In this document: positions 39,654 to 50,132 of the stretch, one piece after another
Position numbering within the stretch: the first letter of the stretch is position 1
Layout: every line of letters begins with the position of its first letter
NCBI GenBank assembly: GCA_964406355.1
Contig: CAYORO010000002.1
Span: 4,266-68,265, forward strand
Source: an uncultured Limibaculum sp.
GTDB taxonomy: Bacteria; Pseudomonadota; Alphaproteobacteria; Rhodobacterales; Rhodobacteraceae
Reading direction: 5' to 3'
Length of the DNA: 64,000 nucleotides
Program-made: the position numbers and the translations under genes
The notes under the pieces: model-generated
What the model was told of the DNA's origin: nothing
The model's database searches: none
What the model saw: the letters and a program-made list of their open reading frames with translations, nothing else

Positions 39654-40945
39654 CCGCCAGCGCAGGCACGGGACGCCCCCAGCGCCCGCTCGCCGCCTAT
39701 GCCGCGGTCACGGCCGCCTACTGGGCGTTCATGCTGACCGACGGCGCGCTGCGGATGCTGGTGCTCCTGCATTTCCACACCCTCGGCTTCTCGCCGGTGC
39801 AGCTCGCCTATCTCTTCCTGCTCTACGAGTTCGCCGGGATGGTGACCAACCTTTCGGCGGGGTGGATCGCGGCGCGGTTCGGGCTCACCACCACGCTCTA
39901 TGTCGGTCTCGCGCTGCAGATCGGGGCGCTGCTGGCGCTCTCCACGCTCGATCCGGGCTGGGCGCTCTGGGCCTCGGTCGGCTTCGTGATGGCGGTGCAG
40001 GGCGTCTCTGGCGTCGCCAAGGACCTCGCCAAGATGAGCTCCAAGAGCGCGGTCAAGCTGCTCGCGCCGGAGGGGCAGGGCGCGCTCTTCCGCTGGGTGG
40101 CGGTGCTGACGGGCTCGAAGAACGCCGTGAAGGGCATCGGCTTTCTTCTCGGCGCCGGGCTGCTCGCGCTCGGCGGCTTCGAGGTGGCCGTGCTCGGCAT
40201 GGCGGGCGTGCTGGCCGTCGTCCTCGCGGCGGTCGCCCTCCTGATGCCGGCGGGGCTGCCGAGGGGCCGCAAGGGCGCGGCCTTCACCGAGGTCTTCTCG
40301 ACTGACCCGAACGTCAACCGCTTGTCGGCGGCCCGTGTTTTCCTCTTCGGCGCGCGGGACGCGTGGTTTGTGGTGGGCGTGCCGATCTACTTCTATTCCG
40401 TGCTCTCGGACGGCAGCGAGGCGGGACAACGCTGGGCCTTCTTCGCGATCGGCATCTTCATGGCGGTCTGGATCATCGGCTATGGCGCGGTGCAGGCGGC
40501 GGCACCCCAGATCCTGCGCGCGAGAGAGAAGGGCCTTGTGGAGAGCGTGGGCCTCGCTCGGCTCTGGGTCGGCGGGCTGGCCCTGATCCCGGCAGCGCTC
40601 ACGCTGGCCGCCCTGGTGGCGGGGGGGCCGGCGCCCTGGCTGACCGCGACGCTGGTCGGAGGGCTCCTGGTCTTCGGCGCCGTCTTCGCCGTGAACTCCG
40701 CGCTCCACTCCTACCTGATCCTCGCCTTCACCGAGGCCCGCCGGGTCACGATGGATGTGGGGTTCTACTACATGGCGAATGCCGGCGGGCGGCTGGTCGG
40801 GACCCTGCTCTCGGGGCTCTCCTATCAGGTAGGCGGGCTGGCGCTGTGCCTCGGCGCCTCGGCCGCCATGGCCGCCCTCGCCTGGGTCTGCACGGTCTGG
40901 CTGTCGCGAACCGGGGCGAGACAGACGCCGATCTCAGCGCGCTGA
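39650..40945 (+). CDS. arsJ: Organoarsenical efflux MFS transporter
   Basis: YWAFMLTDGALRML, KMSSKSAVK, TGSKNA, DVGFYYMANA. Confidence 0.92.
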   Translation: MTASAGTGRPQRPLAAYAAVTAAYWAFMLTDGALRMLVLLHFHTLGFSPVQLAYLFLLYEFAGMVTNLSAGWIAARFGLTTTLYVGLALQIGALLALSTLDPGWALWASVGFVMAVQGVSGVAKDLAKMSSKSAVKLLAPEGQGALFRWVAVLTGSKNAVKGIGFLLGAGLLALGGFEVAVLGMAGVLAVVLAAVALLMPAGLPRGRKGAAFTEVFSTDPNVNRLSAARVFLFGARDAWFVVGVPIYFYSVLSDGSEAGQRWAFFAIGIFMAVWIIGYGAVQAAAPQILRAREKGLVESVGLARLWVGGLALIPAALTLAALVAGGPAPWLTATLVGGLLVFGAVFAVNSALHSYLILAFTEARRVTMDVGFYYMANAGGRLVGTLLSGLSYQVGGLALCLGASAAMAALAWVCTVWLSRTGARQTPISAR

Positions 40946-40964
40946 AATCATGATGGCTCCCGGC

Positions 40965-42017
40965 TCATGCGGCGTCCTCCCAGTCGAGGACGACCTTGCC
41001 GGATGTGCCCGAGCGCATCGCAGCAAAGCCCTGTTCGAAATCGCGCGCCGGGAACCGGTGGGTGATCACGCGGCTGACATCGAGGCCGTTCTGCAGCATC
41101 GCGATCATCTTGTACCACGTCTCGAACATCTCACGCCCGTAGACGCCCTTGATGGTGATCGCCTTGAAGACGATCCGGCTCCAGTTGACCGGTGACTGCC
41201 CTGGCGGGATGCCCAGGAGCGCGATCTTGCCGCCCATCACCAGCGCCTCGACCATCTGATCGAGCGCGGCCTGGTTGCCCGACATCTCGAGCCCAACATC
41301 GAAGCCTTCCTTCAGGCCCAGCTCATGGGCCACGTCCCTGAGATCCTCTCGTGCCACATCGACCGTGCGCACCGTTGGCGCGACCTGTTTGGCCAGGTCG
41401 AGCCGCGCGGGATTGATATCGGTGATCACGACCTTGCGGGCTCCGGCATGCCGGGCGACGGCCGCGGCCATGATGCCGATGGGTCCGGCGCCGGTGATCA
41501 GCACATCCTCGCCCAGCAGATCGAAGCTCAATGCCGTATGCACCGCGTTGCCGAGCGGATCGAGAATGGCCCCGATCTCGTCGGGGATGTCGTCGGGCAG
41601 GGGCACGACATTGAAGGCTGGCAGCTTGAGATACTGGGCGAAGGCCCCTTGCTCGTTGACCCCAATGCCGCGCGTGCCCGGATCGAGGTGGAACTTGCCG
41701 GACCGTGCCTGCCGGCTTTCGGTTCCGATCAGATGCCCTTCGCCAGAGCAGCGCTGGCCCGGCGCGAGGCCATCGACATTGCGGCCGATCTCGACAATCT
41801 CGCCCGCGAATTCATGGCCCGTGATCAGGGGCACCGGCACGGTCTCCGAGGCCCACTCATCCCAGTTCCAGATATGGATGTCGGTGCCGCAGATCCCGGT
41901 CTTCGCGACCCGGATCAGCACCTCATCGGGGCCAATCTCGGGCACCGGCGCGTCGATCTGCCAAAGCCCCTCCTGCGGCTTGATCTTGGCCAGCGCGGTC
42001 ATGGTGCGCGGTCTCAT
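40965..42017 (-). CDS. tdh: L-threonine 3-dehydrogenase
   Basis: [34 protein letters not shown]. Confidence 0.95.
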   Translation of the reverse strand: MRPRTMTALAKIKPQEGLWQIDAPVPEIGPDEVLIRVAKTGICGTDIHIWNWDEWASETVPVPLITGHEFAGEIVEIGRNVDGLAPGQRCSGEGHLIGTESRQARSGKFHLDPGTRGIGVNEQGAFAQYLKLPAFNVVPLPDDIPDEIGAILDPLGNAVHTALSFDLLGEDVLITGAGPIGIMAAAVARHAGARKVVITDINPARLDLAKQVAPTVRTVDVAREDLRDVAHELGLKEGFDVGLEMSGNQAALDQMVEALVMGGKIALLGIPPGQSPVNWSRIVFKAITIKGVYGREMFETWYKMIAMLQNGLDVSRVITHRFPARDFEQGFAAMRSGTSGKVVLDWEDAA

Positions 42018-43201
42018 GAGATCACCCCCAAACTCCGCCCGACCTTGCCGAAGGCGGACAGCGCGCGGTCCAGCTCGGTGCGCGTGAGGGCTGCGTTCAT
42101 CTGTGTCCGAATGCGCGCCTGTCCGCGCGGGACAACCGGGAAGAAGAACCCGGAGACATAGACCCCTTCGTCAAAGAGCTGCGCCGCCATGGCCTGGGCC
42201 AGTTTCGCCTCGCCAAGCATGACGGGGATGATCGGGTGCGAGCCGGGCAGGAGGGCGAAGCCCAGGGCCTCGAGCCCCGCACGCCAGTAGCTTGCGTTCT
42301 CGGACAGCCGGCGCCGCAGATCGTCGCCCTCCTCGACAAGCCGGATGGCCTCCAGCCCGGCCATCACGATCGAGGGCGGCAGCGAGTTGGAGAACAGATA
42401 GGGCCGGGCGCGTTGGCGCAGCAGGTCGATCACTGGCTGCGGCCCGGCGATATAGCCACCGATGCCGCCCCCAAGCGCCTTGCCGAGCGTCCCCGTCATG
42501 ATGTCGACATCCACGCCGAAATGATCCGGTGTCCCGGCCCCGCGCGGTCCCATGAACCCTGTGGCATGGCAATCATCCACCATGACGACGGCATCGTGTT
42601 TCTCGGCCAGCTGAGTGATCGCGGGAAGGTTCGCGAGGTCCCCGTCCATCGAGAACACGCCGTCGGTCGCGATCATCATGTGACGCGCCCCCTCCTTGCG
42701 CGCGCGCGTCAGGGTCTCGTCGAGAGCGCCCATGTCATTGTTGGCATAGCGATATCGCTTGGCCTTGCAGAGACGGATGCCGTCGATGATCGATGCATGG
42801 TTCAGGCTGTCGGAGATGATCGCGTCGTCGGGCCCCAGCAGCGGTTCGAACAGACCGCCATTGGCATCGAAACAGGCCGCGAACAGGATCGCGTCGTCCT
42901 TGCCCAGAAACCGGGCGAGCCGTGCCTCGAGCGCCCGGTGGATGTCCTGCGTTCCGCAGATGAAGCGCACGCTGGCCATGCCGAACCCGTGCGCCTCCAT
43001 CGCGGTCTGCGCCGCCGTGATCAGGGCCGGGTGGTCTGCAAGGCCGAGGTAGTTGTTGGCGCAGAGATTGATCACCTGGCGGCCCTCGACCGACACCGTC
43101 CCCGCTTGCGCCGAGGTGATCTCGCGCTCGCGCTTGTACAGCCCCTCGTCTTCGATCTGGGCGAGGGTCTCCGAGATGTCGGCAAGAAAGCTGTTGGGCA
43201 T
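42014..43201 (-). CDS. kbl: Glycine C-acetyltransferase
   Basis: [33 protein letters not shown]. Confidence 0.95.
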   Translation of the reverse strand: MPNSFLADISETLAQIEDEGLYKREREITSAQAGTVSVEGRQVINLCANNYLGLADHPALITAAQTAMEAHGFGMASVRFICGTQDIHRALEARLARFLGKDDAILFAACFDANGGLFEPLLGPDDAIISDSLNHASIIDGIRLCKAKRYRYANNDMGALDETLTRARKEGARHMMIATDGVFSMDGDLANLPAITQLAEKHDAVVMVDDCHATGFMGPRGAGTPDHFGVDVDIMTGTLGKALGGGIGGYIAGPQPVIDLLRQRARPYLFSNSLPPSIVMAGLEAIRLVEEGDDLRRRLSENASYWRAGLEALGFALLPGSHPIIPVMLGEAKLAQAMAAQLFDEGVYVSGFFFPVVPRGQARIRTQMNAALTRTELDRALSAFGKVGRSLGVIS

Positions 43202-43226
43202 GGGGCATCTCCTTCACCGCTCAATA

Positions 43227-43295
43227 TCTGCCATAGCGGAAGTTTCTCCGCAATGACATTATCCGATATGGCGGAAAATATCTGTTATAGCGTTC
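43227..43295. promoter_or_regulatory. Three repeated operator-like sites upstream of kbl
   Basis: TCTGCCATAGCGGAA (43227), TCCGATATGGCGGAA (43262), TCTGTTATAGCG (43281). Confidence 0.6.
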
Positions 43296-43863
43296 TCCGC
43301 GTCGCCTTCACGATCAGGAAAACCCGGGCGGGGCCTGCCGTCGCCACGATCTCATGCGCCACATCCGCGGCGTACCGGGCGGTATCGCCCACCGAGAGGT
43401 CCGACACGGCCGCGCCGGAGGCGATCCGCACCGCGCCCTCGAGCACGGTCAGTTGCTCCACCGTGCCGCGCGCATGGGGTTGGCTCTTGAGCGACCCATC
43501 GGCCCCAAGTGCGATGTCGTAGACCTCATGTCCTCCAGCTTCTTCGGGAGGGGAGAGGATCGCGATCCGGCATCCTCTGCCCATATTGTCGATGGTCGGG
43601 ACGTCCGCGGCCTTCAGGACCTCGATGCTGTCGCCCTGGTCTCGCTGATCCAGGAGACCCGCGAAATCGACATTCAAAGCCCGCGTGAGATTCCAGAGTG
43701 TTGCGATCGTCGGACTGCTCTCGCCCCGTTCGATCTGGCTGACCATCGAGCGCGAGACGCCGCTGAGATTGGCCACCGCGTCGAGAGACAGTCCCTGGGC
43801 CTTGCGCGCGCTCTTCAGCCGGGACGGAAGGGCGCTCAAGATGCTGTCTTCGCTTTCTGTCAT
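43285..43863 (-). CDS. XRE-family HTH regulator with cupin domain
   Basis: SGVSRSMVSQIERGESSPT; PH..GTVE..H cupin. Confidence 0.92.
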   Translation of the reverse strand: MTESEDSILSALPSRLKSARKAQGLSLDAVANLSGVSRSMVSQIERGESSPTIATLWNLTRALNVDFAGLLDQRDQGDSIEVLKAADVPTIDNMGRGCRIAILSPPEEAGGHEVYDIALGADGSLKSQPHARGTVEQLTVLEGAVRIASGAAVSDLSVGDTARYAADVAHEIVATAGPARVFLIVKATRRTL

Positions 43864-44184
43864 AACGGAAGCTTAGGCAAATCGCCGGTCGAGGCAAACA
43901 TCGTTGACTGAGGCGCTGACGGTCGCCGCAATGCGCTCCACGCGCTGCATGGAGCCGCCAGGCGGCCGCGCGAAGCATCTGCAATGGCGGGATGGTCCCG
44001 GTAGTCTCCGAGCCGGCAGGTCTGGGTCCGAGCTCCGCCAACCCGTCTAAGGTCGCCCGTCCGCATCTCGGACGTGCGGGCGAGGTCCAAAGATCGACCG
44101 CTCCTTGGGCTTGCGGTCAGGCTCGATGAGGGCGCCGCATGACGCCACTGGCAAGATTGGCCGCTTGCGACATCGGCGGGGACG

Positions 44185-45282
44185 TCATCCCTCGAGCGCA
44201 ACAAGGTGGTTGTCGAAGGATGCCCGCCGCCTGTCGAGGATCCGCGGCGCGAGCTGCCCGGACAGCGCGATGATGCCGCCGAGGCCATCGGTCGCGATCC
44301 ATCCGGTCTCCGCAGGTGCGAGGCCGCAGACGTCCTGGCGGCTCCAGATCCGGGGCTCGCCGCCCGTGATGTCCCAGGCCATAACCCGTCCGCCGCGTGG
44401 TGAGGTGATCGCCGCCCGACGCCCGTCGCCGCTGAAGGCGACGCTGCCGGCATAGCCGGCCATCGCGGCGAGCTGGTGGGGCGCGGCCTCGGCAAAGCGC
44501 AACTCGGGCTGTCCCTGCCGGTGGAACGCGAGGAGCGGCACGCCGTCACCGGGGTCGCCCTGCCACTGGAGCGCCACCGCAACGGTGCCGTCGGCACCGA
44601 CGGCCAGGTGACGGATCGAGTTGAGGCGCAGCGCCGCCGGTGGCGAGACAAGCTCCAGCAGCACCCCATCAGAGGCGCTCATATAGGCGAGGCTCGGGGC
44701 CATGCTGTCGAGATTGAGCTTCTCGCGGCCAGAAGCGGGATGCGTCCGGATCCCGCCATTGGCGATGGCGAGGGTGCGGCCATCCGCGAGCAGGCGCAGG
44801 TCATGCGGCCCGATGCCGCCGGTGGAGAGGTCCCCGATCCGGCGGTAGCCGTCGCCTGCATCCCAGACACCGATCCGCCCGTCGCCACTCTCGACGGCGT
44901 TCTCGGTGGTGTAGAGGAGGCCGCCATCCGCCGAGAACGTGCCATGGCCATAGAAATGGCGGCCCTCGGGCGCGTGCAGCCGTTTGAGCTCGGACCCGGT
45001 GCGGCAATCGAGAACGACGGCGAATCGGCCCGGGCGCCGCGCAAAGGCGACCGCTTCGGCGCGTGCGGGATGCGCCGCCGCTGCGTGGCCGCGATCGGGC
45101 AGCGCGACGGCGAAATGGGCCGCGCCATCCGCGCCGAGACCCAGCAGCGTATGGCCACCAGCGGCGTCGCGGGTGGCCGCGAGGTAGCGCGGGGCACCAG
45201 CCGAGGCCCAGCCGGCTGACGCCACGAGGCTCGCGGCCGCCGCCGATGCGATCAGCTGGCGCCGCTTGAGGCGTGCGGCCAT
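44185..45282 (-). CDS. DUF1513 family Tat beta-propeller
   Basis: KRRQL signal, RGH, FARRPG, FYGHG, TEN, GPH, NGGIRTHP. Confidence 0.88.
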   Translation of the reverse strand: MAARLKRRQLIASAAAASLVASAGWASAGAPRYLAATRDAAGGHTLLGLGADGAAHFAVALPDRGHAAAAHPARAEAVAFARRPGRFAVVLDCRTGSELKRLHAPEGRHFYGHGTFSADGGLLYTTENAVESGDGRIGVWDAGDGYRRIGDLSTGGIGPHDLRLLADGRTLAIANGGIRTHPASGREKLNLDSMAPSLAYMSASDGVLLELVSPPAALRLNSIRHLAVGADGTVAVALQWQGDPGDGVPLLAFHRQGQPELRFAEAAPHQLAAMAGYAGSVAFSGDGRRAAITSPRGGRVMAWDITGGEPRIWSRQDVCGLAPAETGWIATDGLGGIIALSGQLAPRILDRRRASFDNHLVALEG

Positions 45283-45283
45283 C

Positions 45284-46309
45284 TCAATCTCCGTCCGCCG
45301 AGTTGAACCCGGTCGCGATCCCGAGCGCCGGTCCGACCGCGGCCGTGATCGTCTGAGCGACCCGGTCCACGCTCTGCTGAAGGACCTCCACCCGGATCCG
45401 ATTGGCCGCGAGGGCCTCGCCGAGGCCGCCGAGCTCGACCACCCTCCCGAGATCCCTGCGCGCCCGCGCATAGGCGGCTGCGATGTCGGCCATCTCCTCG
45501 CCGCTCAGGGCGGGTGCGAAGGCGGCAATGACCGTCGCTTCTGTCGCATCGAGGACCAGGGCGATCTGGCGGAGCGATCGGCCGGAGCGCCAGGCCTCGG
45601 CAAGCCGCGGCCGGGGCTGCGTGAGGCTGCCGAGGGGCTTGCCGAGCCGGTTGCGCGAGGTCTGCTCGAGCGCGCCGAGCGTCACGGCGAAGAGCCGTTG
45701 GCTCGTCTCCTCGGGCGCGAGGAAGACCGTGTTCTGCGCATCACCTGCCGACAGCCAGAGGCTCCGCCATGGTCCAGCCCAAGCCGTGTCGATCTCGGTT
45801 GCAAGCCGCAGGATGTCGCCGGCCGTGGCCGCGACATAGGCGCAGTGATAGGGCACGGTCAGCGCCCGGGGCCCCTGGTCATCGAAGAGCAGACGCTCGA
45901 GCGCCGGAAAGCCGCGCCCGCCGACCGAGAGCTTCGCGAACGCCGCCGGATCGTCGACAGGGGCGCTCTCGGTCGCCATCAGGCGCGCAACGGTGCGCCC
46001 GACCGTGCCTCGGCTGTCGGGCCAGAACGCGACCTGAAGCCCGCGATCGGCCTCCTCGATCGGGCCGAAGCGGAGGTGCTGGAGGCCCATCCACGCATCC
46101 CAGGCCGTCTGGAACGCGGCATCGAGACCCGCGCGATCCACATCCGCGCAGTGGGCAGGGGCAGCTTCGGCCAGCCGCTCCGCGGCCTCGGCGAAACCGG
46201 CGGTGCTCGGACGGATGACCTCATCGAGCGCGCGCTGCGCGGCCGCCCTGTGATCGGGCTCCGCGAGGGCCGGGGCGGCGAGGAGGAGGAGAGCGGCGAG
46301 GAGGCGCAT
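45284..46309 (-). CDS. Imelysin-like periplasmic protein
   Basis: Signal peptide, FGP..FWPD, GFPALE, GFNSADGD C-terminus. Confidence 0.85.
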   Translation of the reverse strand: MRLLAALLLLAAPALAEPDHRAAAQRALDEVIRPSTAGFAEAAERLAEAAPAHCADVDRAGLDAAFQTAWDAWMGLQHLRFGPIEEADRGLQVAFWPDSRGTVGRTVARLMATESAPVDDPAAFAKLSVGGRGFPALERLLFDDQGPRALTVPYHCAYVAATAGDILRLATEIDTAWAGPWRSLWLSAGDAQNTVFLAPEETSQRLFAVTLGALEQTSRNRLGKPLGSLTQPRPRLAEAWRSGRSLRQIALVLDATEATVIAAFAPALSGEEMADIAAAYARARRDLGRVVELGGLGEALAANRIRVEVLQQSVDRVAQTITAAVGPALGIATGFNSADGD

Positions 46310-47808
46310 CAGAGGCTCTCCAGGAAGCGGATCAGCGCGGCGCGCTCCTCGGGCGGCATGGCGACGACGCGGTCGCGCGCGTCCTCGGCCTCGCCGCCAT
46401 GCCACAGCACCGCCTCGAGCAGCGAGCGCGCCCGGCCGTCATGGAGGAAGTAGGTGTGCCCGCTGACAGCCTCCGTCAGCCCGATCCCCCAGAGCGGCGC
46501 GGTGCGCCACTCGCGTCCCGTCGCCTCGCCCTCGGGACGATTGTCCGCCAGCCCCTCGCCCATGTCGTGGAGTAGGAGATCGGTGTAGGGCCAGATGAGC
46601 TGAAAGCTCTGCTCCGGCTGGTCCTCAAGCCGATGGGTGACGAATTTCGGCACATGGCAGGACGCGCAGCCGGTCTGGTGGAAGACCCGCTTGCCGGCGA
46701 GAACCTGCGGGTCGTCGATATCGCGCCGGGCGGGGACCGCGAGGTTGCGGCTGTAGAAGACGACGAGATCGAGGGCGTGGTCCTCGATCTCGAGCGGACC
46801 GCCATGGGGAACCTCGCGACAAGCGGCTTGCGCCTCGGTGCACTCGCCCCAGCCGCCCGTGTGCAGAGGATTGGAGATGCCGATATCGCCGGCAAAGGCC
46901 CCCGCCGATTGCGCGCGGACGGTCGGCGCACCGGCCTTGAGACCGAAGCGTCCGACCATGGGACGCTCAAACTCCTCGGACCAGACGATGCGGGGCCGGC
47001 CGGAGATCCCGTCACCATCCGCGTCGTCGGGATCGGCATGCGCCAGGATATCGGCCGCGGGGATCGCCTCGAGGAGCCCAAGGCCGATCATCTGGGGCGC
47101 GACGCGTGGCGACAGCATGGCGCCCTCGCCGAGCGGCCCGTAGCCGAGTGCGTCCGCCCGCCAGGTCGGCTTGCGCAGCTGGGCGATCTCGCCGCCGGAG
47201 AGGGGGACCTCGATCTCCTCCCAGTCGACCCCGAGGCTGTACTCCGCCGGCACGCCCGGCACCGAGAAATCCTGGAGCTGCGTGCCGTAGACGGGGTGCG
47301 GCTCGGCCCCCTCCGGTCCCGGCACCGAGACCCGCAGAAACATCGAGACCGCGTTGTCGTCTGGCCCGGATGGCGGATGCCCGCGCCCGTCCTTCAAATG
47401 GCAGCGCTGGCAGGAGCGGGCGTTGTAGAGCGGCCCCAGCCCGTCGGAGGCCTGTGTGGAGGCGGGGGCCGACACCCAGAGCTTCTTGAAGAGCCCGTTG
47501 CCCACCTTGAACTCCAGCTCGCGCTCGAAGGGCATGTTGGCCGATGGCTGCGAGAAGGCGTGGCGGTTGGAATATTGAAAGCTGGTCGCGGCCCCCGCCG
47601 GTCGCTCCTCGAACGCCTCAGGGGCGCTGAAATCCGTTGAGGGGGCAAGTGCCCGGGCGATCCGGGCGCGTTCCGCCTCGGTCCGCGGGATCACCGAGAG
47701 ATGCGGATCCTCGAGCGGCCAGTCAGCGCGACCGGGTGCGGCGATCGCAACGGAAAGGACGACGCTCGCCGCCTTGATCCAAATCAATGTTCCGCAGGAG
47801 CATCTCAT
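46309..47808 (-). CDS. Di-heme oxidoreductase family (DUF1111); start uncertain
   Basis: DGLGPLYN, CQRCH and CASCH heme motifs, YTDLLLHDMG, HDGRA. Confidence 0.9.
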   Translation of the reverse strand: MRCSCGTLIWIKAASVVLSVAIAAPGRADWPLEDPHLSVIPRTEAERARIARALAPSTDFSAPEAFEERPAGAATSFQYSNRHAFSQPSANMPFERELEFKVGNGLFKKLWVSAPASTQASDGLGPLYNARSCQRCHLKDGRGHPPSGPDDNAVSMFLRVSVPGPEGAEPHPVYGTQLQDFSVPGVPAEYSLGVDWEEIEVPLSGGEIAQLRKPTWRADALGYGPLGEGAMLSPRVAPQMIGLGLLEAIPAADILAHADPDDADGDGISGRPRIVWSEEFERPMVGRFGLKAGAPTVRAQSAGAFAGDIGISNPLHTGGWGECTEAQAACREVPHGGPLEIEDHALDLVVFYSRNLAVPARRDIDDPQVLAGKRVFHQTGCASCHVPKFVTHRLEDQPEQSFQLIWPYTDLLLHDMGEGLADNRPEGEATGREWRTAPLWGIGLTEAVSGHTYFLHDGRARSLLEAVLWHGGEAEDARDRVVAMPPEERAALIRFLESL

Positions 47809-47854
47809 CAATGTTGCCTCATCGCGTCTCGACATCGGCCTCGCCGGTTTTTAT

Positions 47855-47871
47855 CTTACTGAAAGACTCAA
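47855..47871. promoter_or_regulatory. Iron-Rhodo-box-like site
   Basis: Minus strand TTGAGT-N5-AGTAAG resembles CTGACT-N5-AGTCAG. Confidence 0.45.
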
Positions 47872-47895
47872 GAATAGGCCAGCCCGGGAGTTCCG

Positions 47896-48399
47896 ATGCC
47901 GCCCGGTGCACCAAGGACGCTGACCGTGAGAGCCTCGACCGCCATTCGCCTCTTGCCGCCGACCGCCGCGGAGCCTGTCGCCGAAGCGCGCCGCTGGCTC
48001 GATGCGCTCCGCCATATCGGGTCCTCGGCCCGGCTTGCCCCGCGCCGCGAGATCGACTGCGTCTCCCACGCCCTCCGCCTGCGCCAGGAGACGGAGACGG
48101 AGACGGAGACCGAGACCCTCGCGCTCGCATTTCTCGGAGCGGTCGCCGAGGGGCTCGGCAAGACGCTCAAGCTGCATCGCCCCGGTGCAGAGAGCATCAA
48201 CTTCGATGAGGCCTGGATTCTTCGGCTGCTCACATCGATCCGCGGGGACGATCTGGACAGCGCAAGCTTCCTCATCGCCTCACGGCTGCGGGACGACATG
48301 CGGTGCAGCGTTCGCATGCTCGCCGGGCCGCTGGCCGAGTGTCTCGAGGGCGTGTCGAAAGACCCGCAGCTCCGGCGCCCGGCAGCCCAGTCCGGATAG
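47896..48399 (+). CDS. Hypothetical protein with (ET)5 repeat
   Basis: GGGAG RBS, protein-like composition, LHRPG..FDEAW..SASFLIASRL segment. Confidence 0.55.
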   Translation: MPPGAPRTLTVRASTAIRLLPPTAAEPVAEARRWLDALRHIGSSARLAPRREIDCVSHALRLRQETETETETETLALAFLGAVAEGLGKTLKLHRPGAESINFDEAWILRLLTSIRGDDLDSASFLIASRLRDDMRCSVRMLAGPLAECLEGVSKDPQLRRPAAQSG

Positions 48400-48456
48400 G
48401 CCGATCGGCGTCTCGGCCGGTGCGACAGGCGCGGAGAGTAGGACGGGCCCATCTCG

Positions 48457-48726
48457 TCACTTCCCGGCGCCCACCAGATCATCGATCGGACAGGCAACGT
48501 CCTTCTTGGCGCATTTGCGCCGATAGGCGATCGCCCAGCCCTTGAACTTGCCGCCGAGTGCGGCCTGCTGCCCGATCAGCATGCCGATAAAGGCGCGTTT
48601 CGCCGTCTTGCCGTCGAGCGCCTTCCACTCCGACTTCTGCTTCTTTGTCATCGAGCAGCCGATGCAATGCCCGCCCTTCAGCTTGTGCTTGCAGACATCG
48701 ATGCAGGGCGACGGGATGCTGGACAT
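48457..48726 (-). CDS. DUF1289 family Cys-rich protein
   Basis: SPCIDVC..CIGC..W motif. Confidence 0.8.
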   Translation of the reverse strand: MSSIPSPCIDVCKHKLKGGHCIGCSMTKKQKSEWKALDGKTAKRAFIGMLIGQQAALGGKFKGWAIAYRRKCAKKDVACPIDDLVGAGK

Positions 48727-48875
48727 GGTGGACCCTCGGCAATGGCGCAGGCGTCCACCGGTCGGGACGACAGCGCGAAAGAAGATGCGGCTGGCTGAGG
48801 CATGGCTGGCCGCGAGATGCCGGGCGGGGCCAAGGATCGGCGCCCACCCGGGGAGACGTCACTGGAAGACCGGCA

Positions 48876-50132
48876 TCACTGGAAGACGGCGGACGGGTTG
48901 TCGAGGCTGTCGGATCCCTCGAAGGCGATCGTGTCGATCCCGAGGGCGGAGACCGCGCGCTCGATATCGCGGGTCTGCGCGACCAGCGCGTCGATCGCGG
49001 CCTGGATCAGCGCGCCGCCGGCCTCGTTGGCCGGATCGAGCATCTGGTCATAGGCCATCCCCGCCTCGGCCGTGGTCTTGATGTCGCCGAGGGCGGACAT
49101 GGTCGCATCGAGGCTCGCGCTCAGCCGCGCATCGGTCTCGGCATCGGCATCGGCCACGAGATCCGAGAGCGACGGGCCCGCCACCAGGGTGCCGTCGATC
49201 CGGACATAGCGGCCGTGATAGACGTTCCGGATGCCGAGCCCGTCATAGAAGTGGCTGTTGTGGGTGTTGTCGGCGAAGCAGTCATGCTCCTCCTCGGGGT
49301 CGTTCAGGAGCAGGCCGAGCTTCATCCGCTCGCCGGCCTGCTCGCCATAGGAGAGGCTGCCCATCCCCGTCAGCATCGAGATGATGGCGCCGTTCTCGCC
49401 CTTGCCCTCGAGCTCGGCCCGCGCGGCGCCGCCGGGCGCCCAGGCCGCCGCCATCCAGCCGAGATCCGAGATCAGCAGATCGGTCGCCACCTCGAGATAC
49501 TGCGCGCGCCGCGCGCAATTCCCGCCGGTGCAGTGCGCCGTGTCGAAGTCGCTCGCCGGGCGGTCGCCCGCGCCCGGGCCGGTGCCGTTGAGGTCCTGGC
49601 CCCAGAGCAGGAACTCGACCGCGTGGTAGCCGGTGGTGACATTCGCCTCGATGCTGTCGAGCTCGTGCAGCTCCTCGATCAGCGCGGGCGTGATCACGCC
49701 CGCATCGATACTGCGCCCGGAGATCTCGAGGCTCGGGCTCGAGAAGATGTTGAGCCCGCCATAGGGGTTCTCGTCGGTCGCGCCGCCCACCGCGACATAG
49801 TCGATCAGGCCCTCGTCGAGCGGCCAGGCATTCACCTTGCCCTCCCAATCATCGACGATCGCGTTGCCGAAGCGATAGACCTCGGTCTGCTGATAAGGCA
49901 CCCGGGCCGCGATCCAGGCCGCCCGCGCCTGCCCCAGGGTCTTCTCCGAGGGCGCCGCGATCAGCGCCTCGACCGCCGTGCCCAGCCGCTGCGCCGCCGT
50001 GAGGCTGTCGGCGTATTTGGCCGCCGCGATGTCCATATAGGTCTCGATCACGGCGGCCTTCTCGACCGCGGCGGCGGGGGGTGCGGCGAGTGCCCACAGG
50101 ATGGCGGTGGCCCCGAGCAGCGATCTCTTCAT
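48876..50132 (-). CDS. Imelysin family iron-regulated protein (IrpA-like)
   Basis: VNAWPLDEGLIDYV, GYHAVEFLLWGQD, EEEHDCFADNTH. Confidence 0.92.
   Translation of the reverse strand: MKRSLLGATAILWALAAPPAAAVEKAAVIETYMDIAAAKYADSLTAAQRLGTAVEALIAAPSEKTLGQARAAWIAARVPYQQTEVYRFGNAIVDDWEGKVNAWPLDEGLIDYVAVGGATDENPYGGLNIFSSPSLEISGRSIDAGVITPALIEELHELDSIEANVTTGYHAVEFLLWGQDLNGTGPGAGDRPASDFDTAHCTGGNCARRAQYLEVATDLLISDLGWMAAAWAPGGAARAELEGKGENGAIISMLTGMGSLSYGEQAGERMKLGLLLNDPEEEHDCFADNTHNSHFYDGLGIRNVYHGRYVRIDGTLVAGPSLSDLVADADAETDARLSASLDATMSALGDIKTTAEAGMAYDQMLDPANEAGGALIQAAIDALVAQTRDIERAVSALGIDTIAFEGSDSLDNPSAVFQ

Noticed and set aside
43864-44184. Possible sRNA/riboswitch in this intergenic gap (also 34340-34625, 56500-56734)
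   Set aside because: No recognisable conserved structure by eye; needs an Rfam/Infernal scan
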